A stretch of 64,000 bases of DNA from Rhodospirillaceae bacterium (GCA_016722635.1 JADKIX010000011.1:319760-383759), one strand, 5' to 3'; positions 31,234 to 42,597 are shown, counted from the stretch's first letter. Notes: generated from the sequence alone by a model not told the origin. A program made the numbers and translations.

Positions 31234-32580
31234 CTAAAGAATAAATTTACTGAGATCGGTGTTTTTCGCAAGTCCGGCAATCCGCTCTTGTACATAGGCA
31301 TCATCGATGGTAATCGTCGATCCTGCTTGGTCACTGGCTTGGAAACTGATCTCTTCCAACAGTTTCTCTAAAACCGTATGGAGGCGACGGGCACCGATAT
31401 TTTCAACGGTTGAATTGATCATCGCGGCTAAATCCGATAAACTATCAATGGCTTCTTCCGTAAAGTGCAAGGTAATATCTTCGGTTTTTAACAAAGCTTT
31501 ATATTGTTTGATCAAGCTGGTTTCAGGTTCCCGCAGAATGCGTTTAAAATCATCGCGGCTTAAAGCTTTAAGCTCCACCCGAATCGGCAAACGACCTTGC
31601 AATTCCGGCAATAAATCAGATGGCTTAGCCATATGGAAAGCCCCCGATGCAATAAATAAGATATGATCGGTTTTAACGGTGCCGTATTTCGTGGGGACTT
31701 GCGTACCCTCAATCAATGGCAATAGGTCACGTTGCACGCCCTCACGGCTGACATCCGCTCCCATCCGCTCGGATCTCGCGCAAATTTTGTCAATTTCATC
31801 GATGAAAACAATGCCGTTTTCCTCAACTGTTTTAATGGCTTCTTGAACCATTTTTTCCTGATCCAGCAATTTATCGCTTTCCTCGACAATCAATATTTTA
31901 TAGCTTTCCGCAACAGTTGTACGACGGGTTTTCGTGCGTCCGCCCATGGCCTGCCCAAGCATGTCATTGAGGTTCAGCATGCCCATGCTGGCCCCAGGCA
32001 TCCCCGGGATATCAAAGGTCGGCAAGCGGTTGCCGGTATCCTTCACTTGGATTTCAATTTCTTTTTGGTCGAGTTCGCCTGTCCGTAACATTTTACGGAA
32101 TTTAGCGCGGGTTTCAGGGGTCGATGATTCCCCAACCAAGGCATCCAGAACCCTTTCTTCCGCCATAATTTCAGCTTTACTGTTCACTTCTTTGCGCATG
32201 CGTTCGCGTGTTTGGCTTATGCTGATTTCTATTAAATCACGGATGATTTGCTCGACGTCCCGTCCGACATAACCTATTTCTGTAAATTTGGTTGCCTCAA
32301 CCTTAATAAAAGGGGCTTGTGCGAGTTTAGCCAAGCGGCGGGCAATTTCTGTTTTGCCAACCCCTGTAGGCCCTATCATGAGAATGTTTTTTGGCAAGAC
32401 TTCATCGCGAAGTTCGGCAGGCAATTGTTGGCGCCGCCAGCGATTGCGCAGGGCGACGGCCACTGCCTTCTTGGCTTCATGCTGGCCGATAATATAGCGG
32501 TCTAGTTCCGAGACAATCTCCCGTGGGCTGAAATTGGCAGCGGTGGAGGAGGGATTTGAGGTGGTTAAATGATCGTTCAT
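31234..32580 (-). CDS. hslU: ATP-dependent protease ATPase subunit HslU
   Basis: Walker [16 protein letters not shown]; AAA+ I-domain. Confidence 0.95.
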   Translation of the reverse strand: MNDHLTTSNPSSTAANFSPREIVSELDRYIIGQHEAKKAVAVALRNRWRRQQLPAELRDEVLPKNILMIGPTGVGKTEIARRLAKLAQAPFIKVEATKFTEIGYVGRDVEQIIRDLIEISISQTRERMRKEVNSKAEIMAEERVLDALVGESSTPETRAKFRKMLRTGELDQKEIEIQVKDTGNRLPTFDIPGMPGASMGMLNLNDMLGQAMGGRTKTRRTTVAESYKILIVEESDKLLDQEKMVQEAIKTVEENGIVFIDEIDKICARSERMGADVSREGVQRDLLPLIEGTQVPTKYGTVKTDHILFIASGAFHMAKPSDLLPELQGRLPIRVELKALSRDDFKRILREPETSLIKQYKALLKTEDITLHFTEEAIDSLSDLAAMINSTVENIGARRLHTVLEKLLEEISFQASDQAGSTITIDDAYVQERIAGLAKNTDLSKFIL

Positions 32581-33188
32581 AAGGTTTCAATCGTAATATT
32601 GTTGTTAGTGTAAACACATAATTCAGCGGCAATTTTCATCGATCTTTTGACGATTTCCAAGGCATCCAGATTTTCAATAGGTAGTAAGGCCTTGGCCGCG
32701 GAAATCGCAAAATTTCCGCCTGAGCCGATGCCGATTAACCCGCTATCCGGCTCCAATACATCGCCAGCCCCCGAAATAATAAAGCTGACATTTTTGTCGG
32801 CAACCGCCATCATCGCTTCCAATCTTCTTAAATAGCGGTCGGTGCGCCAATCTTTGGCCAATTCGACACAAGCCCTGGCTAATTGCCCAGGGTGTTTTTC
32901 CAGTTTTGCTTCTAAACGTTCAAAAAGGGTTAAGGCGTCTGCCGTTGAACCAGCAAAGCCTGCAATAATATCACCTTTGCCCAGCCTTCTGACTTTGCGG
33001 GTCGTGGATTTAATGATAGTAGCCCCAAAAGAAACTTGGCCATCACCAGCGATCACCACTTGCTCGCCTTTACGGACACAAAGAATGGTTGTCCCGTGCC
33101 AAGAGGGGGGGTGATTTGATTGTGACCCTAATGTAGGGGATCCATCGTTCAATTTATTTCTCCTGCTTGATTTGACGCTAGAAAGCAT
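32577..33188 (-). CDS. hslV: ATP-dependent protease subunit HslV (alphaproteobacterial form with N-terminal extension)
   Basis: catalytic Thr in the GTTIL motif, GDGQVS; ATGA overlap with hslU. Confidence 0.9.
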   Translation of the reverse strand: MLSSVKSSRRNKLNDGSPTLGSQSNHPPSWHGTTILCVRKGEQVVIAGDGQVSFGATIIKSTTRKVRRLGKGDIIAGFAGSTADALTLFERLEAKLEKHPGQLARACVELAKDWRTDRYLRRLEAMMAVADKNVSFIISGAGDVLEPDSGLIGIGSGGNFAISAAKALLPIENLDALEIVKRSMKIAAELCVYTNNNITIETL

Positions 33189-33301
33189 CTTATATATGGG
33201 ATAGGTTCTTTAAGTAACAAGATCGACCCCCTGATAAAATATTTCAAGCGGGTAAAACAACAGAAGAATAAAATACAAAATAATAAAGATGGGAAGAAAA
33301 A

Positions 33302-33676
33302 ATGGCTTATAACCCAGACAATATTTTTGCGAAAATTTTACGTGGCGAAATTCCTTGCAAAAAAGTCTATGAGAATCAAGATGTGTTGGCATTCTATGAT
33401 ATAAAACCACAGGCCAAAATCCATATCTTGGTGATCCCAAAACAGCCTTATCAATCCTGGGATGATTTTTCAGCCTATGCCACCCCTCACCAAATGGCGG
33501 CGCTGATGCAGGCGGTGGGATTAATCGCTAGGCAATTAGGATTAGACAAGCAAGGATATAGGGTTTTGGTCAATAACGGGCAGAATGCCCATCAGGAAGT
33601 TCCCCATTTTCACCTGCATCTCTTAGGCGGCCATCCCTTGGGGCCTATACTGCAAAAAGGGATAGCAACTAACTAA
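33302..33676 (+). CDS. HIT-family (histidine triad) nucleotide-binding protein
   Basis: HFHLHLLGG histidine triad motif. Confidence 0.85.
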   Translation: MAYNPDNIFAKILRGEIPCKKVYENQDVLAFYDIKPQAKIHILVIPKQPYQSWDDFSAYATPHQMAALMQAVGLIARQLGLDKQGYRVLVNNGQNAHQEVPHFHLHLLGGHPLGPILQKGIATN

Positions 33677-33720
33677 TCATTGAGGGCAACTGTCTGGCCA
33701 ATCAAGACCAACTCGAATGA

Positions 33721-35253
33721 TCAATCAGCTAATTTGGGTTGGATGCGGCGGTAGCTAAGCGCTTCGGCAATATGGGTGCGTTCAATTCTCTCGCATTCCG
33801 CTAAATCAGCAATCGTTCGTGCTACCCGTAAGACACGGTGATACCCACGCGCTGACAAAGCCATTTTTTCGGCAGCTTTTGTCAGCAAACTTTGCCCATC
33901 CGCATCTAAAGCGGCCACTTTCTCTAGGGTATTTAAGTCAAGTTCTGCATTTGATAAAGGAATGGAGGCCATTGATGCGGGCGACTGGCGTTTTGTTTGC
34001 CTTTCCCACGCCTTGGCCACACGCCGACCGATTTGCCCCGAGGATTCCCCCACCCGTTCGCTATGCAGGGTTGCGGGTGGTAGGGCATTGACCTCAATTG
34101 TTAAATCAATTCGGTCCAGAAAAGGCCCCGATATTTTTGACTGATACGATTCGGCGCATTGGGGCTTTTTGCTGCAAGCCAATTGCGGGTGATCAAAATA
34201 TCCGCAACGGCAGGGGTTCATGGCGGCAATTAGTTGGAACCTGGCGGGATAGGTGATGTGGTGGTTGGCACGCGCAATCGTGATGTTTTTTGTCTCCAAG
34301 GGCTGCCTTAAGGAATCCAGAGATTGGCGGGAAAATTCGGGCATTTCATCCAAAAATAAAACCCCGTTATGAGCCAAAGATACCTCCCCTGGTTTTGCCC
34401 GTAAGCCACCGCCCACTAAGGAAGCCATCGATGCGGAATGATGGGGATCGCGGAAAGGGCGTTCCTGAATCAGCGATGTTTCGGGCAATTGCCCAGCCAA
34501 ACTGTAAATAATGGTGGTTTCCAAAGCTTCCTGTGCAGATAAGGGGGGTAATATCCCGGGCAATCTTGCAGCCAACATGGACTTTCCTGCCCCCGGCGGG
34601 CCGATCAACAAAAGGTTATGATGGCCAGCTGCGGCAATTTCCAAGGCCCGTTTTGCCGTTTCTTGGCCGCGGATATCGCGGATATCTTTTAATTCCGGCT
34701 TGCTTTTAAGGATTTTTGCTGTTGGAGGCGATAACGGTCTTTCCCCCTTTAAGTAACTCAGCAAAACAATTAAATTGGGGGCCGCAATAATTTCTGTCGA
34801 TCCTGCCCAGGCAGCCTCCGCCCCCTGCTGTTCGGGGCAAATTAATGTCAAACCGCGCGATGAGGCATGTAAGGCAGCTGCTAAAACACCGTTTATAGGC
34901 GATATACGGCCATCAAGCCCCAATTCCCCGATGGCACAATATTTTTCTAACGAGATAGCAGGTAATCCATCAATAGCTGCCAGCAACCCCAAAGCAATCG
35001 GCAAATCATAGTGGCTACCTTCTTTCATCAAATCGGCAGGTGCCAAGTTAACAGTGATTCTTTTTCCGGGTAATGCCAACCCGATGGCTTGGAAAGCCGC
35101 TCGGACACGCTCACGGCTTTCTGCAATGGCTTTATCGGGTAGGCCTACGATGGTAAAACTGGGCAGGCCATTGGTTAATTGCACCTGCACTTCAACTGCT
35201 TGGGTGTAAAATCCGGAAAAGGCAACTGTTTTAACGGATACACCCATCATCAA
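33721..35253 (-). CDS. YifB/ComM-family Mg-chelatase-like AAA+ ATPase
   Basis: N-terminal ChlI-like domain, Walker A GPPGAGKSMLA, C-terminal Mg-chelatase domain. Confidence 0.85.
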   Translation of the reverse strand: MMMGVSVKTVAFSGFYTQAVEVQVQLTNGLPSFTIVGLPDKAIAESRERVRAAFQAIGLALPGKRITVNLAPADLMKEGSHYDLPIALGLLAAIDGLPAISLEKYCAIGELGLDGRISPINGVLAAALHASSRGLTLICPEQQGAEAAWAGSTEIIAAPNLIVLLSYLKGERPLSPPTAKILKSKPELKDIRDIRGQETAKRALEIAAAGHHNLLLIGPPGAGKSMLAARLPGILPPLSAQEALETTIIYSLAGQLPETSLIQERPFRDPHHSASMASLVGGGLRAKPGEVSLAHNGVLFLDEMPEFSRQSLDSLRQPLETKNITIARANHHITYPARFQLIAAMNPCRCGYFDHPQLACSKKPQCAESYQSKISGPFLDRIDLTIEVNALPPATLHSERVGESSGQIGRRVAKAWERQTKRQSPASMASIPLSNAELDLNTLEKVAALDADGQSLLTKAAEKMALSARGYHRVLRVARTIADLAECERIERTHIAEALSYRRIQPKLAD

Positions 35254-35602
35254 TCCTACAAATTAAGGCATTAAGATAAAAATTCACGAATATATCTTGC
35301 AATATAAATTTTCAAAATCAAGTGCCACATCAATAAAACAGTCAAAATGGTCGATATAAAAATGGCCAATGACTCCAAGTATCCCGGTTAATCGTAAAAC
35401 ATAATTGAAAAATCCCAAAGGATCATATAGCGTTGGTAGGTATAGAAAGGTAATATTTTCCTATATCCGTTAAAGATTAATTTCGTGATCAATTTAATAA
35501 TAAAGATAATAGCTACTCGGTAAATTAAAGCCTAAAACTAAATATTGCTAACTCGTAATACGGTTTAGCCAGAATTTTAAACAAGCTGACTTATATAACA
35601 TA

Positions 35603-36565
35603 ATGACCAATTACGCCTCAAGGCCGCATGACCAGCCATTGAAAGCCATTATTTTGATGGTTGGTGGCGTTTTAATGTTCAGTGTAGCTGACGCTTTGAT
35701 CAAAGCAATGTCGGGTATTTATCCGATTGGGCAAATTATGACTTTCCGCAATATATTTGCTTGTATCCCTATGGCTTTTTATTTTTACCGGACTAGCGGC
35801 TTTGCTTTTTTTAAAACCAAGCGCTTGGGATTACAGTTGTTACGGGGTCTCATCGGCGTTATTTCGATGGCCAGCATCTTTGTGGCCTTCAAGCTGATGC
35901 CTTTGGCGGAAGCGGTGGCATTAACTATGTCTAGCACGATTTTTTTGGCGGCGCTTTCCGGTTTTTTGCTGCGGGAGGCAGTAGGATGGAAAAGATGGAT
36001 TGCTATCTGGGTTGGTTTCATTGGCGTTTTGCTGATTACCCGCCCCGGGAAAAACCTTTTTGACGGTGTTGCCCTTTTTGCCTTGGCCAGCGCTTTTCTA
36101 TTTGCCCTATCAATGATTTGCGTTCGCCATTTAAGCAAAACTGATAGTGGGGCCACCACCATCTTTTATTTTATTTTGGTTTGTTTAATAGGCAGTTTTC
36201 TGACCATTCCCTGGCAGTGGATTTCCCCAGATCATATATGGGTGAAACAAGGAATTATTGGCTGGGCTCCACCCGCTTTAAGGGATGTTGGTATTTTGGC
36301 CCTGATTGGGTGTGTAGGGGGGGCTGCCCAGATTGCGATGACCCAGGCGTTCCGTATTGCCCCAGCTGCGGTGGTAGCGCCCTTTCAATATACCGATATC
36401 CTTTACTCCATCATTTGGGGATATCTTTTTTGGGCGGAGGTGCCTGATTTATATTTGTATGCTGGCGGCGCCTTGATTACGTTAAGCGGGATTTTTATTG
36501 TTAGGCATGAAGTTAAGCGCCGACAGATTAATTCCCAAAAGATCGCTCGCAAAACCAACCATTAG
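35603..36565 (+). CDS. EamA/DMT-family transporter
   Basis: 10 predicted TM helices with duplicated EamA domains. Confidence 0.7.
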   Translation: MTNYASRPHDQPLKAIILMVGGVLMFSVADALIKAMSGIYPIGQIMTFRNIFACIPMAFYFYRTSGFAFFKTKRLGLQLLRGLIGVISMASIFVAFKLMPLAEAVALTMSSTIFLAALSGFLLREAVGWKRWIAIWVGFIGVLLITRPGKNLFDGVALFALASAFLFALSMICVRHLSKTDSGATTIFYFILVCLIGSFLTIPWQWISPDHIWVKQGIIGWAPPALRDVGILALIGCVGGAAQIAMTQAFRIAPAAVVAPFQYTDILYSIIWGYLFWAEVPDLYLYAGGALITLSGIFIVRHEVKRRQINSQKIARKTNH

Positions 36566-37500
36566 CCCTTTTTCTGTTTTTCGAGGGCGTCCCAGAATAT
36601 TCTTTCCAAACAAGTGTTGTTGAGCTGATTAATCTGCTGAAACCCTGTGGGTGAGGTAATGTTAATTTCCGTAAGGTAAGGGCCGATAATATCAATTCCC
36701 GCGAATAGGATGCCTAATTTTTTTAGGGTAGGGCCTATTGCTTGGCAAATTTGCAAATCCCGTGCCGAAAGATCGGTTTTTGCAGCCCTGCCGCCCACAT
36801 GCAGGTTGGAGCGTGCCTCACCTGATTTGGGGATCCGGTTAACCGCCCCAACTGCTTGGCCATCGATCAGGATAACCCTTTTGTCGCCCTGCCTAACTTC
36901 AGGGATATAGCGTTGGATCACCAGTGGTTCCCTTGATGTGCGTTGATGGACTTCCAACAAAGCATGCAAATTTTCATCATCCGCCTTTACGTGGAAAACG
37001 CCATATCCTCCATTGCCGTAAAGGGGCTTTATCACAATGTCTTGGTGTTTTTGACGAAAAGCCACGATTTCTGCGGCATCTGCCGTAATCAGGGTGGGTG
37101 GGATAAGATCGGGAAATTGCAATAAAAATAATTTTTCCGGGGCATTACGGACAGTTCTTGGGTGATTCAGGATCAGCACAGAGGAGGGCAAAAGCTCTAA
37201 TAAGTGCGTGTTGGTTATGTAGGCCATATCGAAGGGTGGATCTTGGCGGATCAGGACAACGTCAAAATCTTTTAAGGACAATTTCTGCTTTTTGCCCAAT
37301 TGGGCATGGGCCCCTTTTTGACGTTGTAAGGTTATCGCATGGCCAAAGGCATAGATTTCACCATCCAGGAAATGTAAGTTGTTAGGGGTGTAATAATACA
37401 ATTCATGGTTGCGCCGCTGGGCCTCTAAGGCGATAACAAAGCTTGTGTCTGTGTCGATGTTAATCGTTTCAATGGGATCCATTTGAATGGCGATACGCAA
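36562..37500 (-). CDS. gshB: glutathione synthetase (ATP-grasp)
   Basis: prokaryotic GshB N-domain plus ATP-grasp, about 312 aa. Confidence 0.85.
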   Translation of the reverse strand: MRIAIQMDPIETINIDTDTSFVIALEAQRRNHELYYYTPNNLHFLDGEIYAFGHAITLQRQKGAHAQLGKKQKLSLKDFDVVLIRQDPPFDMAYITNTHLLELLPSSVLILNHPRTVRNAPEKLFLLQFPDLIPPTLITADAAEIVAFRQKHQDIVIKPLYGNGGYGVFHVKADDENLHALLEVHQRTSREPLVIQRYIPEVRQGDKRVILIDGQAVGAVNRIPKSGEARSNLHVGGRAAKTDLSARDLQICQAIGPTLKKLGILFAGIDIIGPYLTEINITSPTGFQQINQLNNTCLERIFWDALEKQKKG

Positions 37501-37539
37501 CGCAATGATATCCTCCTGGGTTAACGAAATTTTACGGTC

Positions 37540-38061
37540 TTACATCCGTTGCAGCAAATTTATTTTGCCGACCAACCGGTGTTTGACGAAAGCAAGCAGA
37601 TGAAGGCCGACCAGGCCTATGAAGCAAAAGGCCAGCAAAGCATGGGCATTGCCAAGCTGCTTTATGGTGGTGGTGACAGCTGGAAAGGGAAGGGGAAAAT
37701 TAAACCATTGCGGGGAAGCTCCATCCCCTACAAGGGCCAAATATCCAGATATTGGTACAATAATCATAAAAATATAGAAAAGAATGTGAACTGCAAGCGA
37801 CAGGTATTTTTCCCCATTGCTAAAGCTTGCAACCGGTGCAGGTCTTGCAAAAGACCAGCGAACAAGGAGGCGCAGCCAAATTAATGCAAAAATACTAATG
37901 CCAAAAGACTGGTGCCAGAAAATAATTGGGTATCCTGCAACCACTAGTTTTTCTTCCAGCATAAAACCTGTACCGATCATGGCGACAACCAAAATAGCCA
38001 TAAACCAATGTATTAGGCGTAATAAAGGATGATAGCGAAGAACAGATGACGACATGATCAT
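37540..38061 (-). CDS. cytochrome b561 family membrane protein
   Basis: 4 TM helices with conserved His residues (PF01292-like). Confidence 0.65.
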   Translation of the reverse strand: MIMSSSVLRYHPLLRLIHWFMAILVVAMIGTGFMLEEKLVVAGYPIIFWHQSFGISIFALIWLRLLVRWSFARPAPVASFSNGEKYLSLAVHILFYIFMIIVPISGYLALVGDGASPQWFNFPLPFPAVTTTIKQLGNAHALLAFCFIGLVGLHLLAFVKHRLVGKINLLQRM

Positions 38062-38100
38062 AACCTTATTTTTAAGGAATCGGGATGATTAGATTTAACA

Positions 38101-38484
38101 TTAAGAATATATCACTAATTTGGGTATCTGCAAGGGTTGAACAATCGCCAAAACCAGATAAACGGGATAATTTTGGTATCGAGGGTGCTTTACTAAAAAA
38201 AACTGTAATTGCCTTAATTGTCGTTGGCGTTGCAAGGGGTGGTAAGGCCAATGGGTTTTGGCTAGAGACCCTCGATATTTAACCTCAATAACATATAAAT
38301 TGTGGTTCTTCGTTGCCAATAAATCAATTTCACCTAAACTCGACTGATAGTTGCGGCGGATGATCCGATACCCGCTGCCCCATAAATACAGGCAAGTCAA
38401 AAACTCGCCATATTGGCCAACCCAGGCTTTTTTCGGCCGTCTGATAAAGCGACGCAGTTTTTGGTAAAGATAAAAAGATAGCAT
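38101..38484 (-). CDS. yraN: YraN-family endonuclease (UPF0102); start at MLSFYLY, one nucleotide after the rsmI stop
   Basis: GE.DLLA...VIEVKYR motif; rsmI-yraN synteny. Confidence 0.7.
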   Translation of the reverse strand: MLSFYLYQKLRRFIRRPKKAWVGQYGEFLTCLYLWGSGYRIIRRNYQSSLGEIDLLATKNHNLYVIEVKYRGSLAKTHWPYHPLQRQRQLRQLQFFLVKHPRYQNYPVYLVLAIVQPLQIPKLVIYS

Positions 38485-38485
38485 A

Positions 38486-39370
38486 CTATTTCTTTTGTAG
38501 AACAAGGGCTTGATTATAAACAATTTTTTTAGAGATATCCAATTCATCGGATATTTTTTTAGCGGCTTCTTTGACCGACATTAAAGGTAGGTATTGTTGC
38601 AGCAAGCTTGCGGCCATGTCTTCTTTTTCTTCTGGGGAAAGGATTAAAGGTTTGGTTAAGTCAATCATCACCACAATCTCCCCTTTTACCAAGGGATTTC
38701 GTTGGTAATAATCAACTAAGTCCTGCAAATCACCCCTTCTTATTTCTTCAAACATTTTGGTTAATTCTCGCCCGACCGCTGCCGGTTTATTGCCAAAAAC
38801 CGTTAAACAATCCTTTAAACTATCTTGCAACCGTTGCGGCGATTCAAAAAAAACCAACGTCGCGCAGATAGAGGAAAAAGCCTGCAGGAATTTTTGTCTG
38901 GCTGCCGATCGAGGAGGAGGGAACCCTGCAAAAAGAAACTGGTGGGTAGGCAATCCAGAAATGACCAAACCGGTCAGCAGCGCTGAAGCACCTGGGATTG
39001 TCTGGACGCTAATGCCTTCCATGATGGCTGCCTGGACCAATTTATAGCCTGGGTCAGAAATAAGGGGGGTTCCCGAATCACATACGAGCGCCAGCGAATG
39101 GCCTTGTTTTAAATGATGGATTAAAAGGGGCTGTATTTTTGCAGCATTATGGTCATGATAAGATTGTAATTTCGCCTGTATCCCATAATGCTCGAGAAGC
39201 TTGCGCGTAACCCTTGTATCTTCGCAGGCAATCATGTCAGCCTGCTGCAAGGTTAGTAGGCCTCGCAAACTGATATCGCTCAAATTACCAATGGGGGTTG
39301 CCACCAGGATCAGCCCCTGCATACTGGTTTTAATTGAATCAAGACAATTGGGCGGAAGCGATAAAGTCAT
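38486..39370 (-). CDS. rsmI: 16S rRNA 2'-O-methyltransferase RsmI; true start possibly the internal MQGLILVATP near 39322
   Basis: tetrapyrrole-methylase fold, LILVATPIGNLSDIS. Confidence 0.85.
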   Translation of the reverse strand: MTLSLPPNCLDSIKTSMQGLILVATPIGNLSDISLRGLLTLQQADMIACEDTRVTRKLLEHYGIQAKLQSYHDHNAAKIQPLLIHHLKQGHSLALVCDSGTPLISDPGYKLVQAAIMEGISVQTIPGASALLTGLVISGLPTHQFLFAGFPPPRSAARQKFLQAFSSICATLVFFESPQRLQDSLKDCLTVFGNKPAAVGRELTKMFEEIRRGDLQDLVDYYQRNPLVKGEIVVMIDLTKPLILSPEEKEDMAASLLQQYLPLMSVKEAAKKISDELDISKKIVYNQALVLQKK

Positions 39371-39500
39371 TTGCCAGACGGATGAAAATCGTTTAAAGTG
39401 CGTGAAAATTTAGAGGTAGTGAAGATTATGGATTGTTTAATCTTTTGCTCATATTTTTTCACAATTGCCTGGATCCTACATGAAAGATTGAAATTGTCCC

Positions 39501-40775
39501 ATGAAAATTTTTAGCCTGGCTGCTCTTTTCGGATTATCCCTTGCCTTAATAAGCTGTCAAACAACCGATTCCCAGCGTTCTGCGGCACGCAGCGGATCAC
39601 CTAAAGTGGCTATTTTGCTGCCCCTTACGGGCAAAGATGCGGTTTTGGGTAAAGCGCTTCTCAATGCTGCCCAGATGGCTGTTTTAGATGAGGGTGGTGC
39701 TGATTTTGAACTTATTATTAAAGACACTAATCAGACAGGTGGTGCAGCGCAGGCATTGCAAGATGCCATGAAAGATGGGGCCAGATTGGTGGTAGGGCCT
39801 GTTTTTGCAGCCCAAGTGCGCGAAATTGCCCCTATTGCCCAAGCTAAGGGTGTCCAGATAATTAGTTTCTCAAATGATGAAACCCTGACTAGTCAGGGCG
39901 TATTTGTTGGTGGGTTAACCTTGCCGCAACAAATCAACCGGGTTATTTCTTATTCATCAACCCAAGGGATCAAAAGGATTGCCTTGTTATTGCCCGACAA
40001 TGCGTATGGCCGGGTAGTTGAAAGTTCGGCCAAACAATCAGCTGACGCAAACGAAGTGGAGATTTTCCAGACAGAATTTTATAACCCGGCAAATACCAAT
40101 CTTTCAGAAACGGTTAAAAGGTTAGGGCCAGGTGACCCGGTGCCGTTACTCGACGAAAATCCCGAAACCGATCCAGAAAGTTCAGAAAGTGACTTAACTG
40201 AAAATCTGGACAATACCGATATCATTGAAGGGCAACAGATCACTGCCAATAATCCGCCGCCAGCTTGGATGCCGCCTTATAAACCCGTGAAAGTGGTAAA
40301 TTATCAAGCGCTGCTGATTGCGGAAGGAGGGGAAAAGTTAATCACCCTGTCATCATTGGCTCCTTACCATGGTATCGATACGACCCAAGTCAGGCTTTTG
40401 GGTACCAACCTTTGGGACGCGCCAGCTTTAAGAAAAGAGGCAAGTTTGTTAGGGGGGTGGTATCCCAGTTATTCTTCGGAAGGGCGCGATGATTTTGAAA
40501 AAAGGTACCGTGAAAATTTTGCCGAATCCCCTAATCGCCTGGCAGCTACCGTTTATGACATGGTGGTATTTGCCACTCGTTTAGGTGGAAAACCAGGGGC
40601 TGATTTTAGCCGGAATGCGATTGTTGGTTTTGGTGAAATGAAGGGTATAAATGGCATTTTCAGATTTCTGCCGGACGGTATTGCAGAATACGGCCTGACG
40701 GTTTATGAAATTCAACGGCAACGGCTGTTGGTTAAAGATCCAGCCCCCTCCACCCTGATGCCATTAACCAACTAA
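39501..40775 (+). CDS. LpoA-like penicillin-binding-protein activator / type I periplasmic binding-protein lipoprotein
   Basis: lipobox LISC; PBP1 fold; divergent from rsmI as lpoA is in E. coli; contains an acidic low-complexity insert. Confidence 0.55.
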   Translation: MKIFSLAALFGLSLALISCQTTDSQRSAARSGSPKVAILLPLTGKDAVLGKALLNAAQMAVLDEGGADFELIIKDTNQTGGAAQALQDAMKDGARLVVGPVFAAQVREIAPIAQAKGVQIISFSNDETLTSQGVFVGGLTLPQQINRVISYSSTQGIKRIALLLPDNAYGRVVESSAKQSADANEVEIFQTEFYNPANTNLSETVKRLGPGDPVPLLDENPETDPESSESDLTENLDNTDIIEGQQITANNPPPAWMPPYKPVKVVNYQALLIAEGGEKLITLSSLAPYHGIDTTQVRLLGTNLWDAPALRKEASLLGGWYPSYSSEGRDDFEKRYRENFAESPNRLAATVYDMVVFATRLGGKPGADFSRNAIVGFGEMKGINGIFRFLPDGIAEYGLTVYEIQRQRLLVKDPAPSTLMPLTN

Positions 40776-41950
40776 GCAGTTAAAAGATAATCAATCAAGG
40801 CATTTAACTTCAAACGGCCAAGTTCTGTTGCTTGAATTTTGGTAGCGGTGACAGTTAACAATTGCTGTGCTTGCAATTCGCGCAAAGCTTTATCTGACAG
40901 TGAAGCCAACAAATTAATCCCAGTTTCATGGGCGGCTAAAGCCACATTAATCCCGTCTTCTAGGCGTAACCCCATCAACACTGCTTCTGTACGCCGTTCA
41001 AGCGGCGATAAAGGATAGAAGTCTTTGGTTCCATGACCATGTAGTAACAGATACTGCTGCCAGGTTTCAGGAATTTTCAGTTGGAAAGACGCATATTTTT
41101 GTTGGTTGAGTTTGAACCTGCCATGGGCGCCGGGGCCGATACCTATATAATCTTGATAACGCCAATAGGTTAAATTATGCCGACATTGGGCGTTAGGTTT
41201 TGCATAGTTGGAAATTTCATAGTGATGGAACCCTTTCCCCTTCATAAAGTTATTGGTCCATTGATAAAAATCTGCCGATAATTCCTGGTCAGGCATTGGC
41301 CATAGGCCTTCCTTATAATTTTTTTCAAAAACGGTTCCCTGCTCAATAGTTAATTGATACAGGGAAAGATGCGATCCAGCTAAAGACATGGCTTGGTTCA
41401 GTTCTTGTTGCCAATCACCTAGTGTTTGATGGGGAAGGGCATAGATTAAATCAAAGGAATATTTCTCGAAATGGTTGGCAGCTATTTCAATAGCTTGAAT
41501 GGCTTGCCGACTGTCATGATGACGGCCCAGAAATTTTAAATCCCGATCGTTTAATGATTGGATACCTATGGAAAGACGGTTGATCCCGCTTTGGCGGTAA
41601 TCGGCGAATTTTTGGCTTTCAACACTAGAGGGATTGGCTTCCAAGGTAATTTCAATCCCCTGGTCAAACGCCCAATATTTTTGGGCGGTAGCAATTAGTC
41701 CCTCAATCATTACCGCGGGCATTAAAGACGGGGTGCCGCCACCAAAAAAAATACTGGTTAACCGTCGTCCCCATGTCCGCTTGCCATAAAAATCTATTTC
41801 GGCCTTAAGGCAGGCAAACCATTCTTGCCAATCAACCGCGGCTCTAACATGACTGTTAAAATCACAATAAGGGCATTTTGATACACAAAAGGGCCAGTGG
41901 ATATAAAGCCCAAAATCTGTGTCTTGTGGGTTAATAGGGTAATTATTCAT
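40772..41950 (-). CDS. hemW: radical SAM heme chaperone HemW (coproporphyrinogen-III-oxidase-like)
   Basis: CxxxCxxC radical SAM motif (CVSKCPYCDF) plus HemN C-domain. Confidence 0.85.
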   Translation of the reverse strand: MNNYPINPQDTDFGLYIHWPFCVSKCPYCDFNSHVRAAVDWQEWFACLKAEIDFYGKRTWGRRLTSIFFGGGTPSLMPAVMIEGLIATAQKYWAFDQGIEITLEANPSSVESQKFADYRQSGINRLSIGIQSLNDRDLKFLGRHHDSRQAIQAIEIAANHFEKYSFDLIYALPHQTLGDWQQELNQAMSLAGSHLSLYQLTIEQGTVFEKNYKEGLWPMPDQELSADFYQWTNNFMKGKGFHHYEISNYAKPNAQCRHNLTYWRYQDYIGIGPGAHGRFKLNQQKYASFQLKIPETWQQYLLLHGHGTKDFYPLSPLERRTEAVLMGLRLEDGINVALAAHETGINLLASLSDKALRELQAQQLLTVTATKIQATELGRLKLNALIDYLLTA

Positions 41951-41953
41951 TGA

Positions 41954-42589
41954 TTACCCTGATACATGCAGGCAAAATTCTTTAAATTTTGCAAAAGCCT
42001 TTGCGCGGTGGCTGATCCTGTTTTTTTGGCTAGGATCCATTTCCCCAAAAGTTTGGGTGTAGTCATCCGGCACAAACATTGCATCATAGCCGAAACCCTT
42101 TGTTCCACGGGGAGGCCAGGCCAATGTCCCGTCAATCCGGCCCTCAAAGCTTTGATGATGTCCATCCGGCCAGGCAATCGCCAAAACCGAAATAAAAAAA
42201 GCCGGGCAACCCGTGATTGCCGTGATGCCTTTTTTCCCCAATTCTTGGTAAACTTTATGCATCGCCACCTTAAAATCACGCTTTTCGCCTGCCCACCTGG
42301 CAGACACGACACCAGGGGCGCCGTCAAGTGCTGGAATCACGATCCCTGAATCATCCGCTAAAGAAGGTAATTTGGAAAGGATGGCTGCTTGTTTTGCTTT
42401 GATTAGAGCATTTTCCTCAAAAGTTACCCCTGTTTCTTCTGGTTCCGGCAGGCCCAAATCCTTAATCGAATAGAGCGGACGGATGGAGGGGGGAAGAATT
42501 GCCTGTAGTTCGGCAATTTTCCCTTGGTTATGACTTGCTAAAACCAAAGGGCCTTGCAGCAAATAACGGGAATGGGAAGACCGTTGCAT
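41954..42589 (-). CDS. rdgB: non-canonical purine NTP pyrophosphatase RdgB/Ham1
   Basis: Ham1 motifs (LASHNQGK, FGYDAMF). Confidence 0.88.
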   Translation of the reverse strand: MQRSSHSRYLLQGPLVLASHNQGKIAELQAILPPSIRPLYSIKDLGLPEPEETGVTFEENALIKAKQAAILSKLPSLADDSGIVIPALDGAPGVVSARWAGEKRDFKVAMHKVYQELGKKGITAITGCPAFFISVLAIAWPDGHHQSFEGRIDGTLAWPPRGTKGFGYDAMFVPDDYTQTFGEMDPSQKNRISHRAKAFAKFKEFCLHVSG

Positions 42590-42597
42590 GACTGCTG

